This document shows positions 1 to 9,609 of a stretch of 43,728 nucleotides of DNA, in pieces; the first letter of the stretch is position 1; each line of letters starts with the position of its first letter. The notes below the pieces were generated by a model. The model was not told the origin of the DNA. It did no database searches and worked only from the letters and a program-made list of their open reading frames with translations. Location: positions 1 through 43,728 of IMG/VR virus record IMGVR_UViG_3300036987_000306. The stretch is one strand, 5' to 3'. This stretch comes from a virus (Duplodnaviria; Caudoviricetes). Both the position numbers and the translations under genes were made by a program.

Positions 1-31
1 TTAAGTTTGTCATTCCCTTATTTGTTATTCC

Positions 32-49
32 TTCCCGCGAAAGCGGGAA
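32..49. repeat. REP-like GC hairpin TTCCCGC-GAAA-GCGGGAA in host flank
   Basis: Perfect 7-bp stem with a GAAA tetraloop upstream of the tRNA. Confidence 0.5.
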
Positions 50-80
50 TTTAGGTTTTATATAATTTCGCATAAATAAA

Positions 81-155
81 GGGCGGTTAACTCAGCGGGA
101 GAGTGCTACCTTCACACGGTAGAAGTCACTGGTTCAAACCCAGTACCGCCTACCA
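81..155 (+). tRNA. tRNA-Val(CAC), prophage integration target
   Basis: Acceptor stem GGGCGGT/ACCGCCT, anticodon arm CTACC-TTCACAC-GGTAG, T-loop GGTTCAAACC, encoded CCA; TATAAT at 61-66 upstream. Confidence 0.95.
109..155 (+). repeat. att core, left copy (tRNA 3' half)
   Basis: 45/47 identical to 43602-43648. Confidence 0.93.
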
Positions 156-160
156 AACAA

Positions 161-173
161 AATCAAGTGGTTA
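161..173 (+). promoter_or_regulatory. IHF-consensus site in left att arm
   Basis: AATCAAGTGGTTA matches WATCAANNNNTTR. Confidence 0.55.
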
Positions 174-198
174 GGTGATGGAGAAATAAAGTTGGATC

Positions 199-226
199 GG
201 TAAATATTGGTAATGTATTACCAGGG
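199..226. promoter_or_regulatory. Putative integrase arm-type sites (TGGTAA/TTACCA motifs)
   Basis: TGGTAAT-GT-ATTACCA at 208-223; the same motif recurs at 43515-43549. Confidence 0.5.
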
Positions 227-236
227 TTTTTCTGCT

Positions 237-758
237 TTATAGAGTCTCCCTTTCATCGACACGGAGAGTGAGTTCGGCATGGTGCAGGAAATAATTTGTA
301 TCAGGCGCCAGCTCGCGGATCCCAACAAAATCGATCTGGACGGGATCGCTGTTTAATGCTGACCCGGATAATGTTTCGTTGCCGTAAAATGCCTGGCATA
401 TCAGATCTATAACCCCCTGAAAGGTTTTCTCGGATGACGCCGGATCATCGATCTGATAATATCCCGTGATTTTATAAATATGAACATTCCGGAGTGTGGA
501 TTCATTATCCTCAAACGGATCCGTTTTATCCCTGGAAACCATCCACCCGTTTACGATCCCGCTCTTCGACATTAAAGCCAGCCATTCAGCATACGACCGG
601 CTACGCTTCTCCTGGCCATATACAGTTCCTATTCCTGAAACACCTTCAATAATCGAAACAATCGCATCAATGATTTCCGGTACCGCTCCGCCGGCCCAGG
701 AGCCATCCGCCCAGGCATCGGCATCCCAGGATGTAGTAACCCAGCAGGTACCTATCAT
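237..758 (-). CDS. Tail-terminator-like paralog with Trp-rich N-terminal extension
   Basis: Colinear similarity to 13905-14348 (NGW.VSR, H.(Y/F)KI.GYY..DD...SE..FQ, L.G.ALNSDPV, RE.AP, H.AE..L.V.ERE); N-terminus W-x4-W-x4-W-x4-W. Confidence 0.75.
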   Translation of the reverse strand: MIGTCWVTTSWDADAWADGSWAGGAVPEIIDAIVSIIEGVSGIGTVYGQEKRSRSYAEWLALMSKSGIVNGWMVSRDKTDPFEDNESTLRNVHIYKITGYYQIDDPASSEKTFQGVIDLICQAFYGNETLSGSALNSDPVQIDFVGIRELAPDTNYFLHHAELTLRVDERETL

Positions 759-3334
759 GCGGCACCCCAGGGCGTTCCGGTTGAACCATTACCTGTGAGC
801 ACGGTATCGTTTATCGATTGAATATTTGAATCAACCTCTCCGGTTTTGGTGAAGGTTAAACTATCGGTTTTTGCCTTTATAGCATCAACAACAGCATCAA
901 TGGTGTCAATCTTCGTTTCATTCGCATTGACATTCGTTTCGCTCGCAGGGTCAGCCGGTAAGTTATCAGTCTTGGCTTTTATCGCGGCTATCTCTGTATC
1001 AAGGAAATCATCAATGGTGTTTATCTTGCCGTCGAGTGTCGTTCCGGTGTCTTCCAAAATAAGCGCGAGATGACCACCTGCGGCCTCGATGGCTGTTTTT
1101 ATCTGCGCGGTCGTAGGAATATCTCCGACTGCCGCCGGACTCGCAGGAATGAGGTCGGTTTTCGCTTTGATTGCCGCTACCTCCGTATCCACATAATTAT
1201 CTACCGCATCCAGAGCCGCCGCTGTTGCCAAACCTGATTGAATTTCGGTCACGGCATCAGCCGCTATCGCATCAGCATCTATTGCTCCTGACGCTATGAC
1301 TGCAGCTGTGATACTTCCGTTAGCAAGTGTCATGGCTGAACCTACCGCCGCCGGTGATGCCGGAATAAGGTCTGTCTTTGCCTTTATCGCCGCGACTTCG
1401 GTATCTACATAATCATCAACCGCATCAATCTTGCTGTTCGTGGTTGAGTGAGCCGCCGTGATTGCCGCTTCTACCGCACTCTGGTCGGCAGGGTCAGTTG
1501 GCAGGTTATCCGTTTTCGCTTTGATAGCATCAATCAACAGGTCGAGTCTTCCACCATTCACAAGGTCTGTTTGCAGTTCGTTTGTATCAGCAAGGATAGC
1601 GGCTATTTCGGTGTCAAGAAAATCATCTACAGTATCAATCTTGCTGTTTGTCGTTGAATGAGCAGATGTTATAGCGGCCTCGACTGCGCTCTGGTCGGCA
1701 GGGTCGGAAGGCAGATTGTCTGTCTTCGCTTTAATTGCATCAACTACAGTATCAATCGTGGCAATCGGAGCATTGATATTATCTCCGAGTATCTTTCCTG
1801 CTGTTCCTGCCCCATACGAACCGGGTATTGGAGTGCTCCACGGGTCGCCAGCAGAGCCAGCCGCATTGAGTGCGTTCCCTGTAGTTCCTGCTCCGAGATG
1901 TCCGGAAATAGCCTCATCCCATACCGCATCTGCAATACCGGCTGCTGTTAGAGCAGAGCCTCCGGCATTATCAGCAATTTCTTTCACAGGTGAGCCTGCA
2001 ACAGCCGCCGCATAGTTTGTTCCAGAGTTCGTATTGAACAGGTCTGCAAGAGCTGATGCCTGAATTTCATCTACCGATACATTGGCAACCGCCGTATCAA
2101 GTTCTGCCTTTGTAGGTGGGTCGTAAGCATTGAGGGCATCCGTTGCCTCGGACTGCAGTGATGCAAGTGCCGTTGCGTTCCACGTTGCTGTTCCATCGGA
2201 CTTCGGCACCTTCGCAAGCTCGGTTGTAAGTGTTCCGATTTCGGTATCTATGAAATCATCAATCGTGTTCAGCTTCCCGTCAAGGGTTGTTCCTGTATCT
2301 TCCAGAATAAGTGCGAGATGACTTCCAGCCGCTTCGATTGCCGTTTTAATTTGTGCTGTTGTAGGAATATCTCCGACTGCCGCCGGTGATGCCGGAAGGT
2401 TATCTGTTTTAGCTTTGATAGCCGCGATTTCTGTATCAACCGCCGCAAGAATAGCCGCAACTTCGGTGTCTATATAGCCAGCGATTGCCGCGAGTTGAGT
2501 GTCAATATCCGAATCATCGGCAGGGTCAGCCGGTAAGTTGTCTGTCTTGGCCTTTATCGCATCAATCAATAAATCAAGCCTTCCCCCATTAACAAAGTCG
2601 GTCTGCAACTCATTGGTATCGGCAAGAATAGCCGCAACTTCGGTGTCAAGGAAGTCATCTATAGTGTTCAACTTCCCGTCAAGGGTTGTTCCGGTATCGG
2701 TAAGAATGTCATCGAGTATGAGGTCGAGCCTTCCGCCATTTATCCAATCGGTCAATGCGCCCATTCTTGCGGCTGTAACTTCGTTCGTGTTTGCCAGCTT
2801 CGCATCAATATCAAGCCCACCGGCATCGCTTATCGGCACTCCGCCTGCGGCATCTGCGGCGGCGGCAGGCAAAGCGGTTCCGGTAAGACCTCTTGTGGCT
2901 GAATAGTTCGCACAGGCAGATTCAAGGTTGTTCGCTTCTGTTTCCTGCGTATCAGCCCTTCCAACCGTCTTTATATTAACATCCATAAAGCCAGCGTCTT
3001 TCGCCGTTATATGGGAGATATAGGCCGCTTGAGCAAGAACCATAAAATCATGTCGCACCGGCAAGGCTCCGGACTCATGTACTATAAGAGTAAGAGTTCC
3101 CTCCGTGTTTGTGTCGGTGGCATCAAGCTCACAGTTATAATACCCATTCGCATCATGGGCTGCTGCTGTGTCGTCATTCTTCTGTGCCAATGCCTGCCCG
3201 TTCTTCGACAACTTTATATCAGCCTGTGAAAGAGTAAGACCTGTTTCAGCAGTCTTACCATCTGTATCATCGACAAACGGTCCAATCAAAACATCTACTG
3301 CCGTATTCGCTTGTAAATATCCGCCGAATCCCAT
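755..3334 (-). CDS. Ala/Asp/Thr-rich repeat protein, probable virion fibre
   Basis: 859 aa, 8 copies of AIKAKTD plus other repeated blocks; beta-rich N-terminal domain; end of the late operon; GGAG RBS. Confidence 0.65.
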   Translation of the reverse strand: MGFGGYLQANTAVDVLIGPFVDDTDGKTAETGLTLSQADIKLSKNGQALAQKNDDTAAAHDANGYYNCELDATDTNTEGTLTLIVHESGALPVRHDFMVLAQAAYISHITAKDAGFMDVNIKTVGRADTQETEANNLESACANYSATRGLTGTALPAAAADAAGGVPISDAGGLDIDAKLANTNEVTAARMGALTDWINGGRLDLILDDILTDTGTTLDGKLNTIDDFLDTEVAAILADTNELQTDFVNGGRLDLLIDAIKAKTDNLPADPADDSDIDTQLAAIAGYIDTEVAAILAAVDTEIAAIKAKTDNLPASPAAVGDIPTTAQIKTAIEAAGSHLALILEDTGTTLDGKLNTIDDFIDTEIGTLTTELAKVPKSDGTATWNATALASLQSEATDALNAYDPPTKAELDTAVANVSVDEIQASALADLFNTNSGTNYAAAVAGSPVKEIADNAGGSALTAAGIADAVWDEAISGHLGAGTTGNALNAAGSAGDPWSTPIPGSYGAGTAGKILGDNINAPIATIDTVVDAIKAKTDNLPSDPADQSAVEAAITSAHSTTNSKIDTVDDFLDTEIAAILADTNELQTDLVNGGRLDLLIDAIKAKTDNLPTDPADQSAVEAAITAAHSTTNSKIDAVDDYVDTEVAAIKAKTDLIPASPAAVGSAMTLANGSITAAVIASGAIDADAIAADAVTEIQSGLATAAALDAVDNYVDTEVAAIKAKTDLIPASPAAVGDIPTTAQIKTAIEAAGGHLALILEDTGTTLDGKINTIDDFLDTEIAAIKAKTDNLPADPASETNVNANETKIDTIDAVVDAIKAKTDSLTFTKTGEVDSNIQSINDTVLTGNGSTGTPWGAA

Positions 3335-3346
3335 TTGTAGTTCTCC

Positions 3347-4528
3347 TTAATGATTCATATAGTGATGCATAGCAACTGGTATTGAAATGCCGCCACCGCC
3401 TGCTGTGTAGGTACAATAAATGGAAAATTTCTGTGTGCCATGAGTCGGACTTGACAAAGGATTAGGCCAAGCTCCATAATCTATAACTAGACGATGCCCT
3501 TGATTGGTGTCGCCACTATCATATGCGAAACTCCCAAGCCCAGAGTCATGGTAAAGAACAATAACATAATCGACAGCGGTTAGGGTCGGCGCAGATATAA
3601 AATTTGCGCTTTTCCACTGGATTGAATAATTATGCCCCTCTTGTTCATTAGTAGTTCCATTCGACAAGAGTGACAAATCAGAATGAACATACAATCCGAA
3701 TTTGAAATATTGATTGTATGCAGAAGTGCTAGACATTCTCGCTGAAATGCTTACGCCAGTACCGGCTGCACCTGTGAAGAGAGAACCTGATATCCTTCCA
3801 CCCATAGCCAATAGGCTTGCTCCTGCTGTAGTATATCCAAAGGTCAGTCCTGCGGCGTGTCTGACGGGATAAACTGCCTTGTCTAAAAAGTCTTGAGGAA
3901 TGGTAACTGATAAAATATCATTATCAATCTTCAATTCGCCCAAAACTTCCGCTCCTGCTGAATCAATGATTTTTGGCCTGAAGATATGTCCGATTTTTCC
4001 ACACTTGTATTCTTTCCCTCCGGCATAGTTTACTTTTTCTTCCGAAGCATAAACCGCATACGAACCAACTACATTTTCAGGTCTTTCCGCGCCTTCGTCT
4101 ATTTCATCTTGCGTGAGCTCTGGCTGGTAAAAGAAATCCAATCCCTTTGTATTGAGGGTGAATTCTACCTTGTTGGTATCTGGTTTTTCTTTGAGAATAA
4201 CCTCAAATTCGCTCGCACCTTCTGGATGCTCTTTATTTCGTATATCGTAAAAGTGAGCTTCTACCTTATCTCCTTGCCAGATAATCTTTTCGGCTTCGGT
4301 GATTATAATTGGTGTTATTTCATCGTGAAACAGGCGTATGGAGCAATTAACTTCATTATCCCATCTCATTATTTTGATTTGTGGAACAAAGTCATCTTGC
4401 TTACTATCACCAACCTCTGTCTGGATAAGGTCTTTCGAATCGTTTTTAGGCGCAAAAAAGAATGTATTCCTATCAATGGAGTACTTCTCAAGCACTTCCC
4501 GGCTTATAATAGTTGGAATATCAGGCAC
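3347..4528 (-). CDS. Hypothetical two-domain virion/fibre-associated protein
   Basis: 393 aa, RBS AAGGA, acidic beta-rich N-half, S/T/G/Y-rich C-half ending GGGGISIPVAMHHYMNH. Confidence 0.55.
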   Translation of the reverse strand: MPDIPTIISREVLEKYSIDRNTFFFAPKNDSKDLIQTEVGDSKQDDFVPQIKIMRWDNEVNCSIRLFHDEITPIIITEAEKIIWQGDKVEAHFYDIRNKEHPEGASEFEVILKEKPDTNKVEFTLNTKGLDFFYQPELTQDEIDEGAERPENVVGSYAVYASEEKVNYAGGKEYKCGKIGHIFRPKIIDSAGAEVLGELKIDNDILSVTIPQDFLDKAVYPVRHAAGLTFGYTTAGASLLAMGGRISGSLFTGAAGTGVSISARMSSTSAYNQYFKFGLYVHSDLSLLSNGTTNEQEGHNYSIQWKSANFISAPTLTAVDYVIVLYHDSGLGSFAYDSGDTNQGHRLVIDYGAWPNPLSSPTHGTQKFSIYCTYTAGGGGISIPVAMHHYMNH

Positions 4529-4591
4529 TTTTTTTCCTTTTCAATATGCGGAAACTAAACATCATTTAAGCCAACCCCCGCACTCACAAAA

Positions 4592-4792
4592 TTAAACTAT
4601 AGGCAATATCTCATGCCCTGTTACTACCGGAACAGCAACCTCAAATTCGTCATATGTCAGGTCTGCGTTCTTCGTGCCTGCGGCCTTACTGACAACTCCG
4701 GATAGGCTTGCTTTAAGCGCTGTTGCCGCCGACTGCCTTTTCTCATTATCATCAAATGACGCTGTGAATGTGATTCGATATGCTTTTGCCAT
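4592..4792 (-). CDS. Small hypothetical protein (start MAKAY)
   Basis: GAGGAG RBS upstream of the ATG at 4792. Confidence 0.6.
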   Translation of the reverse strand: MAKAYRITFTASFDDNEKRQSAATALKASLSGVVSKAAGTKNADLTYDEFEVAVPVVTGHEILPIV

Positions 4793-5189
4793 TGGCGTTC
4801 TCCTCAATAAGTATTGGGTTATTATTTTCAATTCTCTTGACCGCAATCCCGGCGAGTTTGCCGATTTGCTTAATGCTATTTTCCACACCGAACATGATGC
4901 CTGCCATAGCCTCAACAGCCGCGATACTTTTAATTGTGTTGTTTTTTGCTTTATCGGTTGTTTCCTGAACGCCCCGAAGCGCGGCTTCATGGAAAGGCAG
5001 GAACTCTACCCAGTGAGCCGGAAGATAAACATCCCTGACTTCTATTTCTGGCACGGCAAGGGGTTGGCCTGATTCCGTATTTCTCCTTCTTTCAAACCTG
5101 ACTTTTACTGTAAGGGCTTCTTTTATCTTTGCCTCTACCTTCGCCGCTATCATTTCTTCGAGCCATTTTTTATCGTTCTTGCTTAACAT
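4752..5189 (-). CDS. Hypothetical protein, helical/coiled-coil
   Basis: AGGAG RBS; in operon. Confidence 0.6.
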   Translation of the reverse strand: MLSKNDKKWLEEMIAAKVEAKIKEALTVKVRFERRRNTESGQPLAVPEIEVRDVYLPAHWVEFLPFHEAALRGVQETTDKAKNNTIKSIAAVEAMAGIMFGVENSIKQIGKLAGIAVKRIENNNPILIEENANGKSISNHIHSVI

Positions 5190-5197
5190 AACACTCC

Positions 5198-5857
5198 TTA
5201 AATATTCATGTATTGCATCGTTCCAATAGCCGCCGCCGGTCTGTAAGCCGTTCCGTGATTATGAGCAGTGCCGGAACCGACTGAATCATGGGTATGTGCG
5301 GCCTGCGTAGCCGTTACGGTTATAAGAGTTGAGCTTTGCGATGTTGATTGGTCAGATTGAGGCACAATAGCCTGCGATGATCCTGCCCCCGCGGTTACTG
5401 TTAAATTATCCGTAACTGTTATTGCCGGAGTCTTTGCTCCGTGGTCATGAGCGGGCAGGTTTGCGACTGACAATGTGCCGTCGGGTTGTGTCCATGTGCC
5501 TCCTGTAGTTCCACCATTTGCATTATAAGCCTGCGACCCTCCCTTTAATGCCAGCACCGAGTCGGTCACGCTTGAATCAACTACCCACCCATCAGGAGCC
5601 GTATTCCTATATACCCATAACTTATGCGAGGCATCTCCCTGCATTACCCCGAGCCATGCGTCATTGGCATTGTTCCGTATCTTCGGGATTTTGTTCGTCG
5701 TATGAAACCACTGCATCCCGGCTACCAAGTCAGATGGAGCGGAAGCCCCGGAAAACATAGATTTCAATGCCGCAAAGTTATTTTCTATCTGCTGCATATC
5801 CGCAACAACCGTATGCCCCGAGTAATTATAGCAATCATCCTGATAGTTCTGACTCAT
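5198..5857 (-). CDS. Short tail fibre/tail tip protein
   Basis: APDGW..., LSVANLPAHDH and 'GSGTAHNH..YRP' motifs typical of short phage fibres. Confidence 0.65.
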   Translation of the reverse strand: MSQNYQDDCYNYSGHTVVADMQQIENNFAALKSMFSGASAPSDLVAGMQWFHTTNKIPKIRNNANDAWLGVMQGDASHKLWVYRNTAPDGWVVDSSVTDSVLALKGGSQAYNANGGTTGGTWTQPDGTLSVANLPAHDHGAKTPAITVTDNLTVTAGAGSSQAIVPQSDQSTSQSSTLITVTATQAAHTHDSVGSGTAHNHGTAYRPAAAIGTMQYMNI

Positions 5858-6129
5858 TTCTCCACCTCTTTTAGTGCACTTATTTTATCAGCTACTTTGA
5901 CAAGAGATATTTCAGCCAAATTTTTGACGGCATCGGCTTCTGTTATCGTTGCGAGATACTTGAGCGTTTTCTCCTCCACGGCCTTTTCAAACTGCTCCTG
6001 CGTTTCATATGGCACGCAAATGTTCTTTAAAGTCACCGAAGGAGCCTTATCATCGACCACCTTTACATATACGACATGGCCTGTCTTCTCCGCGTTGCTC
6101 GCCACTTTATCCAGCTTATATGTTATCAT
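5854..6129 (-). CDS. Hypothetical tail protein
   Basis: Tightly packed between tail tip genes. Confidence 0.55.
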   Translation of the reverse strand: MITYKLDKVASNAEKTGHVVYVKVVDDKAPSVTLKNICVPYETQEQFEKAVEEKTLKYLATITEADAVKNLAEISLVKVADKISALKEVEK

Positions 6130-6133
6130 TTCA

Positions 6134-8584
6134 TCACCAGTAAGCCGCTACCATGTTGAGTGTTTTCAGATATAAGTTACTGCCGAGGTCGGGGTCTGTG
6201 ATTGTAATTTCAACCTGCACATACCGCGCCTCAATCTCTATCCCAAGTATTTCCAGTTTATCAGCCGAGTTCGTGAGGCTTCCTGTGGTATCTCCCCAAT
6301 ACAGTTTTGCTGATATATTCCCTGCCGCTACAATAGCAAGGAAATCTGACCACCTCGTTGTTGAGCCGACCAAATCTTCCCATGTATCAGCTACCGGAAC
6401 AACATCTTCCCAGTATCCATCGCTCGATGCAAAGGCTGACAGGAAATCTCCCCATACCCGAACCTTTATTTTCGAGCCGAAATCATACTCAGGTGACAAC
6501 CAAGTGCCTGTTAAGACATCATCGGTATGGCTGCACTTCAAAGCATCCGAGCCGCTGTAAGTTGTGTGCTCCGTATTATCATGCGTTCCAATAGCATCAT
6601 AGTCCCATGCCCAAGTGTCGACATCTGCATAACTGGGCGGATAAAAGACTTCTACCACAGCAGACACGGCGTTTTCAGAGTAATTTCCAGAGTTGTCTTT
6701 CGCCTTGCACCAAAAGGGGTGCGTTCCCGGCCTTACTCCTACAAGCCTGAAATTCGGGCTTTCGTTTGATGCGATATACAGGCCGCCGTCCCACGCATCC
6801 CCAAGCCTCAATTCATATACAGACACATCATTATCAGAGATATTGTTTGCGTAAATATTGACCGTATCCCCTGCCGCAATCGCTGTTAAAGATGACAGGT
6901 CAGACGGCAGTTCGGTCTTCCCTATAATTACTCTGGATATTGTATAACCATCAGCAAACGCCTGTTTCGTGCCGAATATCGATACCGACACCATCCGGCA
7001 ATAGTATGTTTCTCCTTCTTCCACCGGGTCAACTTGATAATCTCCGCCTGAACGGGTCATGTATTTCCAATCTCCGGAGCCGATTTTAAGATGTATCTCC
7101 GCACATTCCCAAAAGGGATAATCCTCTGCGGCAGGCTTGTCGAAATTAATCTTCCACCGAGTAAATGTTCTCTCCCGATAGGTATATTGTTCTTCCGAAC
7201 TCGATACGTTTATAACCGGAGGGACTGTTGAGAATGGCACTGGAAGCGTGGTGTCATGGTAACTATGGCTTTCGATATTATAGGTGTCATCATAGAAAAT
7301 ATCATCTTCTTCCGTTACCTCAATCGACACATTTGACTGACCATCATAATTGACTTTGGCGACCCTGAAATACTTTGCGTCCCAGCCCTTCGCCGCACTT
7401 GTTATATCTATAACATCAAAAGGCTCGAGTGCGATACACCTGCTGTGACATTCAAGAGCCGCCTCTTTGTTAATTCTCTCTTTTTCAAGGTGGTAGTTTG
7501 CCATTTTCATAGCATTGGTATAAGAGGATATGCCGCGAATAGTCAGTGTTTCCTCTCTGTAATCTCCATCCGCCGCCATTGCATCTGTATCTGACAGAAC
7601 ATAATCATCCAGCACATACTTCTTCTCTGCATTCAGGAACTTTATCCTTATCGCATTCGGAGTATCATATATTGACGGCTGCACCACTCGGAGCGAGCTT
7701 TTGCCGTTCCTTTCCACAATATCTTCATCGGTGAGCGACATACACGATGTTTCGTAATCAAGGTCAGCAAAAGGCATTTTAAATACGTTTTCCGAATATA
7801 TAAAGCTGGCTCTGAATGTATCCAGAATTTCTCGGAGATTATCTACGCACTCCCTGTTTTCAAATATAGGGATATCACAAGTCCAGCCTTTATCAGTGCA
7901 ATATGCCGCCGCTTCTTCTATGCTTGAGTCGAGAAGCCTTGATGATGAAATCTCCCTTCCGCCTCTCCTGCTCGAGCGCGTGATAAAATCCCTTGCACAT
8001 AAGGCCGGATTGTTTGAATACTCCGTGACTGCCGTATCCGGATTATAAACTTTCAGCCCTTCGACTTCGAGCGTGATGTCCGGCTTTCCCTGAAATTTAT
8101 CCCCATCGTATTGGAGCGATATATAGATATAAGCCGTATATCGCAACGGATCATTCCATGCCGGTATTGCCGTGTGAAGTGTTGAGCATACGGCCTGCGT
8201 GGAGGTTCCGGTAAACACCTCATAGCTTACGTTTGCTCCATACTCCGTATAGATTTTACCATCAAGAAAAAGCTGGTCGACTCCGCCGGTTTGGGCGATG
8301 CCATTTATCTCGCCTTCTCCGATAATCCCTATGATGTGCAGGGTCTTGGCATCTGTTCCGGTTGTACCAATGTAGGCCTCGTTTATGCCTACTTTCGTGC
8401 GCCCGTATATAAGTGGGATTGGTTCCTGATTCGACCTTTTATTTATCATATGGCCACGGGCAGGGTCAGAGCGAGAATACTTCTTCTTGCCAGCGTTCTT
8501 CGCCTTACGATGGTTCTCGTAAGTATAAAGGACAACCGCCGCTACATATAATGCATAAAAGACTGCTCCAACCGCCTGTGGCAT
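6134..8584 (-). CDS. Tail tip / central fibre protein (lambda gpJ-like, FN3-like domains)
   Basis: PIPLIYG, GEGEI, YSNNPALC..D motifs; position after the hub and NlpC genes. Confidence 0.85.
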   Translation of the reverse strand: MPQAVGAVFYALYVAAVVLYTYENHRKAKNAGKKKYSRSDPARGHMINKRSNQEPIPLIYGRTKVGINEAYIGTTGTDAKTLHIIGIIGEGEINGIAQTGGVDQLFLDGKIYTEYGANVSYEVFTGTSTQAVCSTLHTAIPAWNDPLRYTAYIYISLQYDGDKFQGKPDITLEVEGLKVYNPDTAVTEYSNNPALCARDFITRSSRRGGREISSSRLLDSSIEEAAAYCTDKGWTCDIPIFENRECVDNLREILDTFRASFIYSENVFKMPFADLDYETSCMSLTDEDIVERNGKSSLRVVQPSIYDTPNAIRIKFLNAEKKYVLDDYVLSDTDAMAADGDYREETLTIRGISSYTNAMKMANYHLEKERINKEAALECHSRCIALEPFDVIDITSAAKGWDAKYFRVAKVNYDGQSNVSIEVTEEDDIFYDDTYNIESHSYHDTTLPVPFSTVPPVINVSSSEEQYTYRERTFTRWKINFDKPAAEDYPFWECAEIHLKIGSGDWKYMTRSGGDYQVDPVEEGETYYCRMVSVSIFGTKQAFADGYTISRVIIGKTELPSDLSSLTAIAAGDTVNIYANNISDNDVSVYELRLGDAWDGGLYIASNESPNFRLVGVRPGTHPFWCKAKDNSGNYSENAVSAVVEVFYPPSYADVDTWAWDYDAIGTHDNTEHTTYSGSDALKCSHTDDVLTGTWLSPEYDFGSKIKVRVWGDFLSAFASSDGYWEDVVPVADTWEDLVGSTTRWSDFLAIVAAGNISAKLYWGDTTGSLTNSADKLEILGIEIEARYVQVEITITDPDLGSNLYLKTLNMVAAYW

Positions 8585-8995
8585 TTATATAATCCTTCTT
8601 GCCATAATTATTTCAATATCTTTTAATGAGAATAACCGAGTGCCTGCAATTATAAAGCTCGATACCGCCCTTCCGTTTCCGCAAAAGATTGCCGGAAATA
8701 AACCGCTCACTCCCGACTTCACAATGATAATATCTCCTGCGAGTATTTTCTTATTATCAACGTGCTGGCCTATGCTCTTAAATGCCTCAATTAATATCCT
8801 TTCCGCTTCTTCTTTTTCTTCCATCATGCGAACATGATAATTCTCCCGTGACCATCCATCAATCGGCTCAATTACTATGCCGTTCTCGTTGCACCATGAA
8901 TAAATCATGCCGAAGCAGTCATATCCGTTCTCGTCTGCTCCGCCTGACAGAAAAGGCTTTCCGATATATTTATTCATTCTACGGGCAAATTTCAT
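8585..8995 (-). CDS. NlpC/P60-like tail tip protein (gpK-like), probably inactive
   Basis: YIGKPF..GG....GYDCFG and GDII motifs; catalytic His apparently missing. Confidence 0.7.
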   Translation of the reverse strand: MKFARRMNKYIGKPFLSGGADENGYDCFGMIYSWCNENGIVIEPIDGWSRENYHVRMMEEKEEAERILIEAFKSIGQHVDNKKILAGDIIIVKSGVSGLFPAIFCGNGRAVSSFIIAGTRLFSLKDIEIIMARRII

Positions 8996-9609
8996 TTTGG
9001 TATCCTGCCCCACCATATCTCTTTGTCCATTAATGAAGGTAAGAATCTGAATCCCCCGAAACTCATATCATTGCTCAATGCTTGGCATCTTTCATAGCTC
9101 TTATCGCACCATGTTTCCGCACCGGCATAGGTGCACTCCGTTCCTTTGAATGCCCACGGGCAGGATGCCTGCGCTGTTCGTAAGGTCTTCTTTCTCCATA
9201 GGATAAACTCATTCACTATGGTTATATCAGCAGAGGGCTCCTGCAGTTCATATCCACCGACAAAGCCCCTGAACATCACCGCGGATGCAATTACTTGATA
9301 ATCAGAGCCGATTGCCCCGTATGTTAGAATTGCAGTTTTATTCCTTACATCTTCTCCGAGCAATATGCCTGAAATAGCAAGGTTCGCATCATCCATCTTT
9401 ATTGTCACGCTGTCTGCTGACATCATGGCCGCAGTTGAGATGCTTCCCACTTCCATACCGATAGGATTATGCTTATGCCCGTCAAGGTATATCGGGAATT
9501 GAAAATCGGTATAATAATACGTTGATGTGAATTGGAATTCTACCGCATTAAAGAAACGATATGCGCTCTTTGCGAGTTCTGCGGCAAGTCCTGCATCAAA
9601 GTTTCTCAC
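8992..9609 (-). CDS. Tail hub protein (DUF2163/gpL-like) with C-terminal Cys cluster
   Basis: C-P-W...EC.Y...CDK...C...N..FGGF motif typical of gpL-like Fe-S proteins. Confidence 0.75.
   Translation of the reverse strand: MRNFDAGLAAELAKSAYRFFNAVEFQFTSTYYYTDFQFPIYLDGHKHNPIGMEVGSISTAAMMSADSVTIKMDDANLAISGILLGEDVRNKTAILTYGAIGSDYQVIASAVMFRGFVGGYELQEPSADITIVNEFILWRKKTLRTAQASCPWAFKGTECTYAGAETWCDKSYERCQALSNDMSFGGFRFLPSLMDKEIWWGRIPK

Noticed and set aside
755-3334. Repeats as a DGR template/variable repeat or invertible shufflon
   Set aside because: No reverse transcriptase or invertase in the window; repeat differences are mostly synonymous and not adenine-specific.
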